Assembly: GCA_013265495.1 (NCBI GenBank) | Contig: MU058198.1 | Span: forward strand, 4,228,419 to 4,280,268 | Direction of reading: 5' to 3' | DNA from: Vicugna vicugna | Taxonomy: Eukaryota | Length of the DNA stretch: 51,850 bases | In this document: piece by piece, positions 13,100-25,700 of the stretch | Layout of the letters: each line of letters opens with the position of its first letter | Numbering within the stretch: the stretch's first letter is position 1 | Program-made: the position numbers and the translations under genes | The notes under the pieces: model-generated | The model's database searches: none | Told to the model about the DNA's origin: nothing | Seen by the model: the letters and a program-made list of their open reading frames with translations, nothing else

Positions 13100-13670
13100 C
13101 TGTCCCCCACTGCCTGTCCTCGTGTTGTGGGCCGGACTTCGGTCACTCCTGACAACTCCTCTGGGCTGCAGGCGCCTGTCTTTGTCCTGCCTTGGTCTGG
13201 AGAGCGCACAGGAAAGGAGCCGAACAAAGGTGGTCACTGTTATGCGGCTGCAGCGGTGGGGCTGCTGCAAGTGCCCTCCTGGGACTTCTCCTCTGTCCCC
13301 TGCCTCCCCTGCCAGCATCTCCCCTCCCCCTTCCTCCGGCTCGTCCCAAGCCTGCCTGTCCCCAGTGTGGAGGCGGGCCAGTGGCAGAGCGGGTGAGGGG
13401 AGCAGGACGGTGCCCCGGGCTGCAGCGGCTCCCCTCCCCTTCCCGGCCATGGGCCCCCCACCAGGTGAGGACCCAAAGGAGGTGAGGCCCTGTGGGCAGA
13501 GCTCACGTCAGGCCATCTTCCCCATGGGGGCCTGCATGGAGTTCAAGTTCAAGTTCAAGTTCAAGGGGCTGGGGCTGGCCCCAGGACCTCTCCCCTGCCC
13601 CTGGGAGATCATTCACGGCTCCTCTGACCCCTGCTGCAGCCAAGGCTGGAATTTGGAGTTTGACCTGTGA
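13100..13670 (+). promoter_or_regulatory. Putative SLC5A11 promoter region with nuclear-receptor motifs
   Basis: GC-rich and repeat-poor; (AGTTCA)x4 at 13540-13563; DR1-like TGGAGTTTGACCT at 13654-13666. Confidence 0.4.
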
Positions 13671-13839
13671 GGAGCCTCTCTCAACAGCAGGCGGTGCCGG
13701 AGGGAGGGCCACCGCTGTCCTCTCAAGGCTGCAAGGGCAGAGGAGCCCAGTTCCTCCCTTCTCACGGACACCTCTGTCTCCTCTGCCTCGGACACCACCG
13801 ACAGGACCCAGGCCAGGTGGACTCTGTCCCCAGAGGAAG
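13660..13839 (+). other. SLC5A11: Putative non-coding first exon (5' UTR) of SLC5A11; 5' end uncertain
   Basis: The ATG exon begins with a splice acceptor, so an upstream exon is needed. Strong donor GAAG|gtaaga at 13839/13840, an ATG-free stretch, and a repeat-poor GC-rich setting. Inference only. Confidence 0.5.
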
Positions 13840-14559
13840 GTAAGATTCCTGCCACCCTCACCCCTCCACCTGATACCCATTCTGCCAACTGGGGAAGCTG
13901 CGCAGGGGACTGGAGACAGTGCTGGCAGGAAGGATGGCGGGGTGGGGGCACCCAGCTCCTCTCCTGGGAGAGGACTCATCCTGCACCCGGCAAGCGGGAT
14001 GTGTCTGGCAGGGGTGGGTACAGCCAGCGCACCTGGCATGGGTCCCAGCTCTTCCTCTTAACCAAGTTCAGGGCCAAGGGGCGGATCATTTCACCTCACT
14101 GAGGCTCAGGTTCCTTATCTGTCAGTTGAGACCGTGAACCTCAGCACAGCCCAGCCCACAGGTGTGGTGTCCTGTGACCCGAGAGATAAGGAGGGGAAGC
14201 CATCCACATAAACAGCAAAACGCTGGGAGATGCGTTGCCGCGAGGCAGCTGCTCTTAACTGTAAGGCAGACAGGAGCCACTGGTACACGGCAGACACGTG
14301 CAGAGCGCGTCACAGCCCGGGCCAGGTTGAGCTGGCACAGCTGCCCGAATTCACAGGCAGAGCCCGCGAGCCATTAAGAAACGTGCCCAAGCTCACACAG
14401 ACAGCGAGTTGGCGAAGCTGAGACTCAGCTCCCACGGCCATGAGCTTATCCACAACATCTGGTTTTCCAGTGACATCTTGACAAGCGATTCTGGGGAAGC
14501 GACTGGGAGAGATACCCTCCTCCCACTCTGAGGGGGTCACAGTCGCCAGGGTGTATACA

Positions 14560-15545
14560 GCAAAGGCTTAGATAAATCCACATTTGTTTGTTATCCCAGT
14601 GTTCATCGAGTGCCTGCTTTAAGGGCACAATATGAGTGAGGCGGACATGGCCCCTGCCTTCGTGGGGCTCACCGCGCAGCGAGGATGGGCGGCAGTGAGA
14701 GAATCGTACAAACCAAATGGCATGTTCGATTCAACAGGGGTGAGGGGTCATGTTTGCTATGACGGCAAATCATTTGGGGATCCAGCTTAGACTGAAGCCA
14801 AGAGAAGGCTTCCCTGGGCGGGGGGTGGCAGTGGGGTGCCATCTGAAGGGTGAGTAGGAGTTTCTCAAGCCAAGAGTGTAGGGAAGAGCATTCCAGGCAG
14901 AGGGAACAGAACAGCAAAGACCCTGAAGCAAAACAGTGCTCCAGGGATAGATAGAAGACCGTGCGGGATGAGGCTGGGGCCACGGTGGAGTGCGTCAGAC
15001 GGTGCTGAGATTCTTTGAGCAAGAAAAGGAACTGACCTGATTTATGTTCAAAGATCCCTCGTGCTTCCATGTGAGAGGTGAAGGAGGAAGCCAGAATGGC
15101 TTCAGGGAGGCAAGGTAGGAAGTACTTGCTCCAGTCTACATGGAAGTGACAGTGGCTTGAATGAAAGCGATAGAAGTAAAGGTGAGGGAAAACGGATGGA
15201 TTCAAGCTCGTCTTTGGAAGTAGAAAAGGGTGGAACTAGAGTTCAGTAGATTCCAGAAGTTGAGAAAGGGACATTGTATGGTCTTTGGTGGGATGTTTGT
15301 GAGCCCTGGCAGCGTTGGTGCTTAGGCACCATGCCCAGCACGTAGGAGGTGCTTACAGACCACTGGATGAGTGAGTGAATGAATGAATGAATGAATGCAA
15401 GGCTTAAGGATGACTCGGGTTTCTGGCATGAGAAGCAGAGTGGATGAAGCTGCCATTTCATGAGATGGGAGGACTGGCAGCCATTGAAGACCATGGTCTT
15501 CGAGTTGGATGTGTTGCATTTGAGATGCTGACCCGGCATTCTCAA
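14560..15545. mobile_element. LINE-2 fragments
   Basis: gagcattccaggcagagggaacagaacagcaaaga...ggatgactcgggtttctggcatgag...tttgagatgc. Confidence 0.7.
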
Positions 15546-17479
15546 GAGAGCCCACGCTGGTATTTGGATGGATAGGTCTGGGGCTCCCAACTTGCACTTG
15601 TGACATCTAGTCTCTCTAGGAGTCCTGAGCCCAGGTCCTCACTGAAAAGGTGAGGCAGATGGAGGAGAAAGCTCAACTGGGTCCCTTGCACTCAGACTTG
15701 TTAGCAGGGAGACTCTCTGGGGAAAGCTGCCAGGCCCCACTGTGCCTGTGGTTTCCTTCCTAATGGCCAGAGCTGTGGCTCTTTCTGCCAGGCTGGGGAC
15801 AGTCGCAGCCTCTGCTTCATCTCAAAGACCAGTGGCATCTGTCCTCTGGGCCTTCTTCCAGAGACCTGCTCCTAATGAACCGCAGAGCATCAACCAGCTG
15901 AGGAGGCCAGAGGTGGTCCTCCTTCAGGTCTCCCTTCTGCAGCCTTAGGCTCTGGCCTCCCGGCTCAGCCTTACAGAACTGACCCCCTGCCTCTGGTTGG
16001 GCTGCCTCCACCATCCCCATCTCTGGGCATCCTGGACTTGAGCCAAAGACCGGGCTTGTGGCCTTGGGCTGGAAGGAAAGGGCGTGAGTGCCTATCGGCC
16101 TGGGAGGTGTGGCCTCTGCAAGCCCTTGTGTCACCTCGGGAATTTTCCCTGCCAAGGGCCCACGTGCTGAGCAGCGGTTAGGAACTTGAAGGTCAAGCCC
16201 AGGTTGGAGCCCCAGGTCAGTCATTGACCAAGGGTGTGACCTGCGACCTTGGGGCCTCAGCCTGGGCTTTGCTTTCTCCACCTGTTCAACGGGGTTAACC
16301 AGACACACGACCTCTTAGGGGTGCTGTGTGCTTAAAAGGAGACTCATACGTGTAGCGGCCAGGGTCTGTCTGACCACAAAGTCAATGATCATTTTTTTTT
16401 TAGTGATTTTACAAGAAGGAAGGAGACAGACCAAGTATTCTGGACCTGATCAAATCCATAATGAACTTGATTAATACTTTAAGCAAAACTGTGATGTAGG
16501 TCTGATTCATATCCCCATCTTATAGATGGGGAAACTGAGTATTGGAGAGATTATTTGCTCAAGATCACGGAACTAATAAGAGGTAGAGTGGAGATTTGAA
16601 CCAGGAAATGCAGTTCTAACATCTTTACATTTGATCACGACCCATCTGTTTCCCAGGGAATTTTTGTCAACAATTAAACTTGTAAGTAATTAGATGGCCA
16701 TTGTCATCTTTGGCCAGGGCAGGGTCCTCCCTTAGTTTCTCTCTCTGTCCCTCTGTCTGCTTCTCCCTTTCTCTGTCTCTGCTAATGTGTTTGCTATTCT
16801 TCAGCAAATGTGCCCACATCCTGGCAAAACTGTTGGTACTACATTTTCTGTCTCAGAATGCATTTAGTAGACACGTGTGGTTTTATGCTGTACACCTTGT
16901 TCCGTTTGTTTCTTTTTCTTTCATTGCAAGATGTTTCAGGCACACACAAGTCGTAAAGAATAACGTAGCCCCCGCAGTGAACACACAGGAGCCAGACTGA
17001 AAACCAAAGGCAGCGAATACAGTCAGAGCCCCGCCCCCTTCCCCATCTTTGTTTCACACTGGGGCGCGGAAAATTCCCACATCTGCTCTGGCAAATGATG
17101 TAAGTGGCCGAAAGGAAGAGGGTGAGCAGGCGACCCTGCTTGCTGAGTTTCCTCTGTTCTTTGGCCAGTTGGCAACCACAAGGGCAGGGTGTTCTTGCAA
17201 ACAAAGCTCTTGTTACCGCACCCACTTTGCACAGACTCCAGTTAACCCTGGCCTCCCCCAGGGGAGGGGCCCTCACAGGAGGGGGAGGGGCCCTCACAAG
17301 AGGAGGTGGAGCCCTCCCAGGGCAGTGCCACGGATGGCTCTGGGCACGGCACAGTGCTGCCAGGGGCTGGGTGAGAACCTGCAAGGATGGGGGCCAGGTC
17401 CGCCGTGCCCAGCACAGAGCCTGGCATACAGCTGGTGCCTAATGATGTTTATGGGAAAGAAACAGAGGTAGAGGAGGTC

Positions 17480-17542
17480 GGGGGGAGGGTAGAGCTCAGT
17501 GGTAGAGCGCATGCTTAGCATGCCAGAAAAAAAAAAAAAAAA
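17480..17542 (+). mobile_element. 3'-truncated vic-1-type SINE (A-box half followed directly by an A-run)
   Basis: gggggagggtagagctcagtggtagagcgcatgcttagcatgccag then poly(A); no B box. Confidence 0.8.
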
Positions 17543-18439
17543 GGACCCAGAGATAGAGGGAGGGGAGGAGTGAAGAAGGGGAGGAGGAAGGAAGGAAAGG
17601 AAGGCAGACCAGCCAGTACTCAGTGACACAGTGAGCTTCAGTGCAGGACCTGGGTTCGAATCCCACCTCTGGCACTTCCTGTGACCCAGAAAGCGGCGCA
17701 GCCAGGACCCGAACCCAGCTCCCTCTCACCTCTTGGCAGCTCCATTTCCCACCTGTAAGATGGAGGTATACTATGTTTGCCTCAAGGGGCTGGCAAGGAT
17801 GAGATAAGAGGACATGTGTAAGGTGAGCTGCAGGCCTGGCACTTCCATAAATAGTGCTCAGTAAGTTTTAGAGATTATTACTGTTACAGCGACAGTAAGA
17901 ATGGCTTTGCTGAACCAGGGCCCGCAGAGGGAACCGTCCGGAGCACGTGGCCGAGGCAGCCACACTTGGTGTCCGCAGCTTCTCTGGTCCATTCTTCTAG
18001 GTCCTATTCCCACCCTGAAGACACAGACGGTCCCTCCTGGCCGTCGACCGGGCCCCCACCTCCCTGGGACGCGGGAAGAGCCTGGAGCCGGTGCCAGCCT
18101 GCCCGGAGCCGGTGATGAATGACTTGTTTATCTGCTCCCACCCCTCTCGGTGCCTGGCAGGCAGAGGCCTGGAAGGGGCAGCTGGGAGCGGCGCTGTGGA
18201 CGGGGGGAGGGCTGGCTCACCAGTCTGTCTGCTGCCCTGCCTCCCTCCTTCCTCCGTTTCCTCCCTTTCAGACTGCTGGGTTCTAGAACAATCTGCCCCA
18301 CTCCCCAGTTCAGGGTCCATCTCCACCTTAAGCTGCTTCCTGTGCCCCTTGTCCCCGTCTTCCCCAAGCCCCCTGTTTTGGAAGCAGCAAAGTACATCAA
18401 AGCAGTTGAAGTGTTTGAAAAACTATAGGTTCTGAAACT

Positions 18440-19195
18440 TCCTACCTTGTTGGTGGGAAGTAAATTGGTGCAGACACTCCTGGGGACTATATGGAGGTTC
18501 CTTAAAAAACTAAAAACAGAGGTACCATATCAATCTGCAGTCCCACTCCTGGGCATAGATCCAGAGGAAACTCTAATTCAAAAAGACACATGCACTTCAA
18601 TGTTCATAGCAGCACTATTTACAATAGCCAAGACGGGAAACAGCCTAAATGTCCATTGACAGATGACTGGATAAAGAAGTTGTGGTATATTTATACAGTG
18701 GAATACCACTCAGCCATAAAAAAGTACGAAATAATGCCAATGCAGCAACATGGATGGACCTGGAGATCGTCACACAAAGTGGTGTAATTCAGATAGAGAA
18801 AGACAAATATCATATGATATCACTTATATGTGGAATCTAGAAAAAAAAATGACACAAATGAGCTTATTTACAAAACAGAAACAGACTCATAGACGTAGAA
18901 AACTTATGGTTACCAAAGGGGAAAGGGAGGGGAAAGATAAATTTGGAGTTTGGGATTAACAAAGACTAACTACTATATATAAAATAGACAACAAGGTCCT
19001 ACTGTATAATACAGGGAACTATACTGAATATCTTACAGTAACCTATAATGGAGAAGAATCTGAAAAAGAATATATATATATATAACTGAATCATTTTGCT
19101 GTAATTAACACAACATTGTATATCAGCTATACTTCAAAAACAACAACAACAACAACAAAAACTGGCCAAAAGAAAGAAAAAAAGAAAGAAAAAAG
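18440..19195 (+). mobile_element. LINE-1 3' end (ORF2 C-terminus remnant, 3' UTR and A-rich tail), relatively young
   Basis: Translations WRFLKKLKTEVPY...MFIAALFTIAK and WIKKLWYIYTVEYHSAIKK; (CAA)n/A tail. Confidence 0.93.
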
Positions 19196-19935
19196 ATGCA
19201 GGCTTTGAAATCAGGTAGATCCAGATTCGAGTTCTGCCTCTGACACTTACCAGCTGCGTAAGACCACATCCTCACTTCCTTGACTGGGGAGTGCGGTGAC
19301 GGCACCACCTACCTAACAGGGGCTTCATCCTTGAGAAAACAACACTTAAGGACATCTAACTCCTCTTCCCCAAGTCTCCAGAATCTGCCTCTTGGTTAGA
19401 CACTCCTTTAAGAATCTCTACTTCCCCCCCTAGGGTGTGTCTCCAGCACCAGTCTTCCCTCCCCACTTCCTCCCCTGCAAGGTGTCTGGTTCAGTGAGGT
19501 TATCATCATCCCATTTGACAGATGACAATGATCATGAAACCTAGGCTGGACTGAAGCAGAGAGGGCTGAGGGGTGATCTGGGGTGGAATCTGGGCTTCTG
19601 CCACATCCTCCTGTGTTAGAGCCGGGCAAGTGTCTGAGATGGGTTTGCCTGATCCTGGCAAATCTGTCTTTCCTCCTTCCCTCCTTTTCTCTTCCATCCG
19701 TCTTTGGATCAATGCTATGGATCCTTGGTTGCTTGGGTCTTCTCTTCCATGGAGAGGGCCACCACGCCCCAGGTCTGAGAAGCTGTGAGCATCCTCTCAA
19801 CGGAAGAAGAGCAAGGATCAACCCCAGGGAGAGAAGTTCAACACTATACTTGGCATGGGAAGGGACGTTAAAGGTCGCTGAGCGCCCCCCTGAGGTTCTA
19901 AGTGAACGTCCAGCCTCTTTTTGAGGGCTCTAAGG

Positions 19936-20112
19936 CAGTGTTCTCAACCCAGGGGGCATTTGTGGCTGTCACAACTTCAGGGAAGGTGCTATCGGCATCT
20001 AGTGAGTAGCTACCAGGGATGCTGTTAAACATCCTTCAATACACAAGGCAGCCCCCATAACAAAGAATCCCTTGGTCCAAAATGCCAGTAGTGTTACAGA
20101 TCAAAAACCCTG
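19936..20112 (+). mobile_element. MER20-like element (internally deleted)
   Basis: cagtgttctcaacc...ggcatctagtgagtag...gggatgctgttaaacatcct...aaaaccctg. Confidence 0.8.
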
Positions 20113-20944
20113 CTTCAAGGACAGGAAACATCCTGCCCAGGTGCCCAGGTGCCCCAATGTCCATATTTCTCTTAAATTCAAAACTTACTCAGTATAATAG
20201 GTGGAAGGATCTGACTGCCCCTTTGGGTCTTCCAGTGGAGTCAGATGGAGCAGTTGTGTGTTGAATTATCCATCATCTTATCATAAATTGCTTTTTAAAA
20301 AATTCCTCTTTTATAGCAGAATTAGAGCATTATAATGATTCTTTTTAATGATGTGTGTAGGTAGGTAACATTAACCATGCATTTCATTTTAGTATTCAGT
20401 GAAAGGAGTATTACAACATATTTGTTATAAAAACAGGGGATGATGTCTGATAGGTTGAAAACTACTGACCTTCTGAAATTTTTGAATAACATTCAAGAGC
20501 TGGTATAATGTCTTCATAGCTGACTAGCCTCGTTGCCCATCACCCTCTTCCCGATCTAGGTTAATACTCAGGCAAGAACCTGATGGTTTCTTAAGCGTGG
20601 TGTGCTTATTCCCACCGCAGTGTCTGCTGAGACTGCTGCCGTGGCCTGGAATGCTCCCCCATCCCCGCTCATGCCATGTCAGACCACCTACTCATTCTTC
20701 AAAACCCAGCTCACAGGCTGCCTGCCGTCTGGATTCCTCCATGTAAAACTACGTGGTCCTTGCCTCCCCACACATTGTAGAAAATAATGGTAATAGTAAT
20801 TATAGTAATGAGCTACAGTTTACAGAGCACAGCTGTGCGAGCCACTGTTCTCAGCACTTCATAGGTACTAGCTCATGGCGATCTATGAAATGTAAATTCC
20901 TTTTTAAAAAGTTTTTATCAAGAATTGATGGTTTAATGTGACTA

Positions 20945-21042
20945 ATTTTTTTCTCTTTTTTAAATGGAGGTACTGGGGATGGAACCCAGGACCTCAAGCA
21001 TGCCAAGTGAACACTTTACCATGGAGCCATGCCCACCTCCCT
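20945..21042 (-). mobile_element. vic-1-type SINE (diverged)
   Basis: ttttaaatggaggtactggggatggaacccaggacctcaagcatgccaag... Confidence 0.85.
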
Positions 21043-21395
21043 GAAATGTAAACTCTTATTGCCTCATTTTGCAGATGGGAAAGCTAAGGGTTAGGGAAGT
21101 TAGGGGATTTGTCCAAATTCTCGGGATTGGTAAGTGGTAGCGTCAGCTGGATGACCCCTAAGCTTGAACCCTTAATGCATCTATCTCTGTGCACCTCTGC
21201 TGAGTGAAATGTTCTGCTGTGTCATTACCTATAAGTGGGTTTCCCTGATGATGGGGCTGTGCATTATGGAAGGCAGGACTGAGTGTTTCATTCCTGAACC
21301 CCTCGAGACTGACACCCTCAGAGTGGAGTCGCATCTTAACACAGGAATAAGTCAAAGCCCAAATCACATATAGTAAAAAATTATCCCTGGGAATT

Positions 21396-21891
21396 TTATT
21401 AGTGTTCAAATGCTGCTGTGACAAATTACCACAAACTTAGTATCTTAAACAGCACCAGCTTATTATCTCACAATTCTGGAAGTCAGATGTTCTCAATGGG
21501 TCTTGCTGGGCTAAAGTCAAGGTGACAGCAGGGCTGACTTCCTTCCGGGTGCTCTAGGGGAGACTCCATTAATGTGCCTTTGCTAACTTCTAGAGCCACC
21601 TGCATTTCTTGGCTCATGGCCCTATTACTCTAACATCAAATCCAGCAACATTGGGCCAAACCTTCTCACATTGTCATCTCTCTCGTCCTCTCATTTGATT
21701 CCCTCTCTCTTTAGGGTCCCTTGTGATTGCACTAGTCCCACTCAGATAATCTCCTTATTTTGAGAAGAGCTGACTTACAACCTTAATTCCATCTGCAAGT
21801 GTAATTGTCCTTTGTTATATAACGTAACACATTCACAGGTTCTGAGGATTAGGAGTAAACATCTTTGAGAGGGACATGATTCTACCCACCC
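21396..21891 (-). mobile_element. MLT1 (MaLR) solo LTR, MLT1D-like
   Basis: gctgctgtgacaaattaccacaaacttag...ctaaagtcaaggtg...cttaattccatctgcaa...cattcacaggttctgaggattagg. Confidence 0.85.
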
Positions 21892-22617
21892 CAGGAATCC
21901 TTCAAATTGCCCAAGGAGGTGTAATATACTGAGAAATAGCTTAGGATATTGGTTCACAACATGGATTCTGGAGCAAGATTATTTGCCTCCCAAGCCCAGG
22001 TCTACCACTTGAGCTGTGTTACCCTAGGCAAGTTATTTATCTTCTCTGTGCCTCAACTTTGTCCATCTTAAGATGGTATAATAACAACAGTGCTCACTTT
22101 GTAGGTTTATAAACCCTTAAGATGATGCCTGACATGTAGTAGATATTATATAGGTGTTTATTTTTAAAATGCATTTTTATGAGCATATCCAGCAGTGGAA
22201 CAAGATTGTAGTGACTGGCTGAGCCTCAGACAAAGTTGCTGGCTTGTCTGTCACCCAGCTGTGAGGTATCTGGGAAACAGAGACTGACTTGCTGTCTTGT
22301 TTCTCTCTCACTCCTGGCTATGTGGAAGAGGGTGGTGAACCAACTATACTACTTAAATCATTTATTCTTTAGGTATTGCCAAGTGAGTGGTTGGGTTGGT
22401 AAAAATTAACTGTAGATTTGATGGGGCTTCCTTGTAAATATTTGCTGAATGGATGGATCTCCCTTCCTGAGCTCTGGCACCATCACACATCCTTGTACGT
22501 GTCTTGCTTGGATGCCCCAAGGAGACAGTCACGGAGAGGGTGAGAAGAGTGGCACCATGTTCTGGCATCTGACAAGTATTTGCACTTCTACAGGGTTGAG
22601 AGAGTTCGTTCAGGACC

Positions 22618-22752
22618 ATGGAGAGCAGCTCCAGCAGCCCTCAGCCCACACAGTCAGATCCCCTGGAAGCCTTTCCCCAGAGGACACTGGAGGCAGGTGA
22701 CATCGCAGTGCTGGTTCTGTACTTCCTCTTTGTCCTTGCCGTTGGACTATGG
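22618..22752 (+). CDS. SLC5A11: SLC5A11 coding exon 1 (exon starts 22594): [45 protein letters not shown]
   Basis: Acceptor ttctacag|g at 22593/22594. Kozak accATGg at 22618, with an in-frame TGA upstream at 22597. Donor TGG|gtaagc. Confidence 0.95.
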
Positions 22753-25700
22753 GTAAGCCAGGCCAGGGGGAGGCAAAGGGGCGGGGCAGGAGACTAGCTC
22801 ACCGTCAGAAAGTAATCAGAACCTAAAAATTTTTTAAAGTGCATTAAGTGTCGACTGTGTCAAGGACTGTGTTAGGCACTTTGACTTATGTTATCTCGTG
22901 TAATCTGCACAGGTCTCAGTGAGTAAGGTGCTATTACTCTACCTATTTTGTAGATAAGGAAAATGAAGCTCAAATAATTTAATTTTCTTATTCTGCTAGT
23001 AAGTTAGGAGAGCTGGGGTTAGAATCTCTACTTCTTTCACTTTGAAATCCATGTTCTTTTAAAAAAATGTTTTTAAAAGAGACAATTCAGTCACATGGTT
23101 CAGAAACAAAAACAACTAAATAACATACAGTGAAAAGTCTTACTACTACCCTTCTGTCCGCTGTTACTTTTTAGTACGTTAATGTATTCTTTCAGAGTTT
23201 CTTTAAGTAAATCCAAGCAAATATAAATGTGTATATTTCCCATTTTCTTACATAGAAGGTAGGTTATTATACATACTGTTTTTTACCTTGATATGTTTTA
23301 CTTATCAGTGTTTCTTGGATATCTTTTCATGTCAGTACACAGAAGCTTTCTCGTCTTCTTAAAAGTTGCACAGTATTCCATTAGATGATCATACTGTAAT
23401 TTATTTAAACCTGTTTCTTGTTGAAGGTTATTTGGATTGTCCCCCATCTTTTAATACTAAAAGTTATGCTGCAATAAACAAGTCTTGGACACATTATTTT
23501 GGATATGTGCAACTATAATGAAGGATAAATCCCCTGTAGTGGAATTGTCAGGTTAACGGATATGTGCCTTTGCAATTATGATAGTTTTCATCAAATTGCC
23601 CTCTTAGGGGTAGTGCCAGTCTGCACACACATCATTAAATGTATGAGAAAAAGTCACATGATCACATCCACATCAACACTGCATTGTCAAACTTTTTCAT
23701 TTTGCCAAACTGACAGGGAAACACAATATTTCAATGTATTATTGTTTTATAATAAGTGGGGGTGGACATCCTTATATATGTTTAAAAACCACTTGTTTCC
23801 TTTATGTATGGTTTCACTGTTTTCCCCATTAAGTTCTTCTTTTATCAGTTTCTAGGAACTCTTTACATATCAAGGAGCTTAGTAACTTTGGGATAAGAAT
23901 GGTTGAGAGGAGGTGCTACTATCTGATTTTCAGGTCAAAGGACTTAAAAACTGCAGTCTACTTCCCCACTTCAATTCGACTATTTGTAGATCATTTCTCT
24001 ACTCTTACTTCTTAGTTTCCCCTCCTCCAAATCAAGAAGGAGATTAAAGTGCTGGACATCCCAAGGACCACGGATGTGACCTTCTTCTGTTTCCTCCACC
24101 TTAGCAGGATGTATTGAGCTGGATGAGATACTAAGAGTCAGGGCTTTTGAGTCAGACAGGAATGGGATCAGGATTAGCGGTACGGGTAGAATTAGGGTGA
24201 GGGTTAGAGTCCTTGGGAATTTACATTTCACAAGAGAATCAGAAGACTCTGATGTATTTGACTGGTTTGGGAAGCCCTGGATTTAGAGGATCCCTTTTAG
24301 CGCAAAGAATTCTTTACTCTTGGAGAATACTTCCTGTGCCAGGGTTCAGCACGAATGAGTCATGGTGTCTGTTTTCTATGGTAAGATCATTTGCAGGGAT
24401 GAAAAGTTACCATTTCACATCATCTCCCATCCAGAAATATTCCTTTCGCCAACATCCACATCTAGAGGCTCAGAGGAACTTAAACAACTTATCCAAGATC
24501 GCATAGAGACTTAGTGGTCAAAATGTGTCCTCTGAAGCATCTGTAGTGCCAGCTCACTCCTAAAGAGCTCTGAAATCAGGCTGACATGGGCATGAATGCC
24601 CAGCTCTCTAGAAACGTGGCACTAGTTAAGTGACTTTACTTTTGAGCCTCAGTTTCTTCATCTGTTAAATTGGCCAAAGAACATCAACCTTATAGGCGTT
24701 GATGAAAATGAGATAATGCTTCAAAATTCCTAGCATAGTGTCTGGCACATAGAACTGACACTCAATAAATGATATTCATTGTGAGCTGTCATAGACAAGC
24801 CAGGGGTGTAAAACTCAAATGCCTAGGATGGCCAAGTAGATTATTATACATATGCGAAGTAAGGAGTGATAGGGGGTGTGCTGACCTGAAGAATTTATGT
24901 CTCCTCTAAAGGCATTCAAATGAAAATCTTCTTAAAAACCATGGGTCAAATAAAATATATCTGAACTTAAAAATACAACAAACTAGTGAATATAACAAAA
25001 AAGAAGCAGACTCACAGATACAGAGAACAAACTAGTGGTTACCAGTGGGGAGAGGGAAGAAGGGAGGGGCAATACGGGATTAAGGCATTAAGAGGTACAA
25101 ACTATTATGTGTAAAATAAGCTACAGGGATATACCGTACAACACAGGGAAGGTGGCCAGTGCTTTATAATAATTATAAATGAAGTATAACCTTTAAAAAC
25201 TGTGACTCACTATATTGTACACCTGTAATATATAATATGGTACATCAACTGTACTTCAATTTAAAAAAGAAGAGTGAAGTAACACATTTCAGGTAAACAG
25301 CTTCCCATGGGAAGTATCACTCAGGGACTCTTGCCAAAACAAACAGACAAAAAAAAAAGCAAAAACAAAAAGAAAAAATATATACATATTTGACGTCCAA
25401 GTCTGGCCTGCTGGACTCCCAGTTGATAATCTGTGCCCTAGACCATTTTGGGATGCCTCTGATTGCTCACTTTTCCCTCACTCATGCCTCTTCTTTGTTT
25501 CAGTCCACAGTGAAGACCAAAAGAGACACAGTAAAAGGCTACTTTCTCGCTGGAGGGGACATGTTGTGGTGGCCAGTAAGTAGTCTTTGGTCCGATTAAA
25601 GTCACTTCTCAAAGACCCTTCAAGCGCTGGTGTTCTGTCCAGCCTTTGCTCTCTCAGGACTCTTTGGCTCCATGTTGTCTGGAAGTCAATGTCTAAACTA

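Noticed and set aside
12740..13670. Long ORFs of 253 aa (+, 12909-13670) and 236 aa (-, 12740-13450)
   Set aside because: Overlapping ORFs in several frames of GC-rich DNA, low-complexity P/G/S/R content, no recognisable domain, and non-ATG starts; expected by chance.
16137..17078. NF-kB-like sites GGGAATTTTCC (~16138) and GGAAAATTCC (~17068)
   Set aside because: Isolated short motifs expected by chance in 52 kb.
17260..17321. ~21-bp G-rich tandem (ggggaggggccctcacagga) x2-3
   Set aside because: Short local slippage duplication with no further evidence of function.
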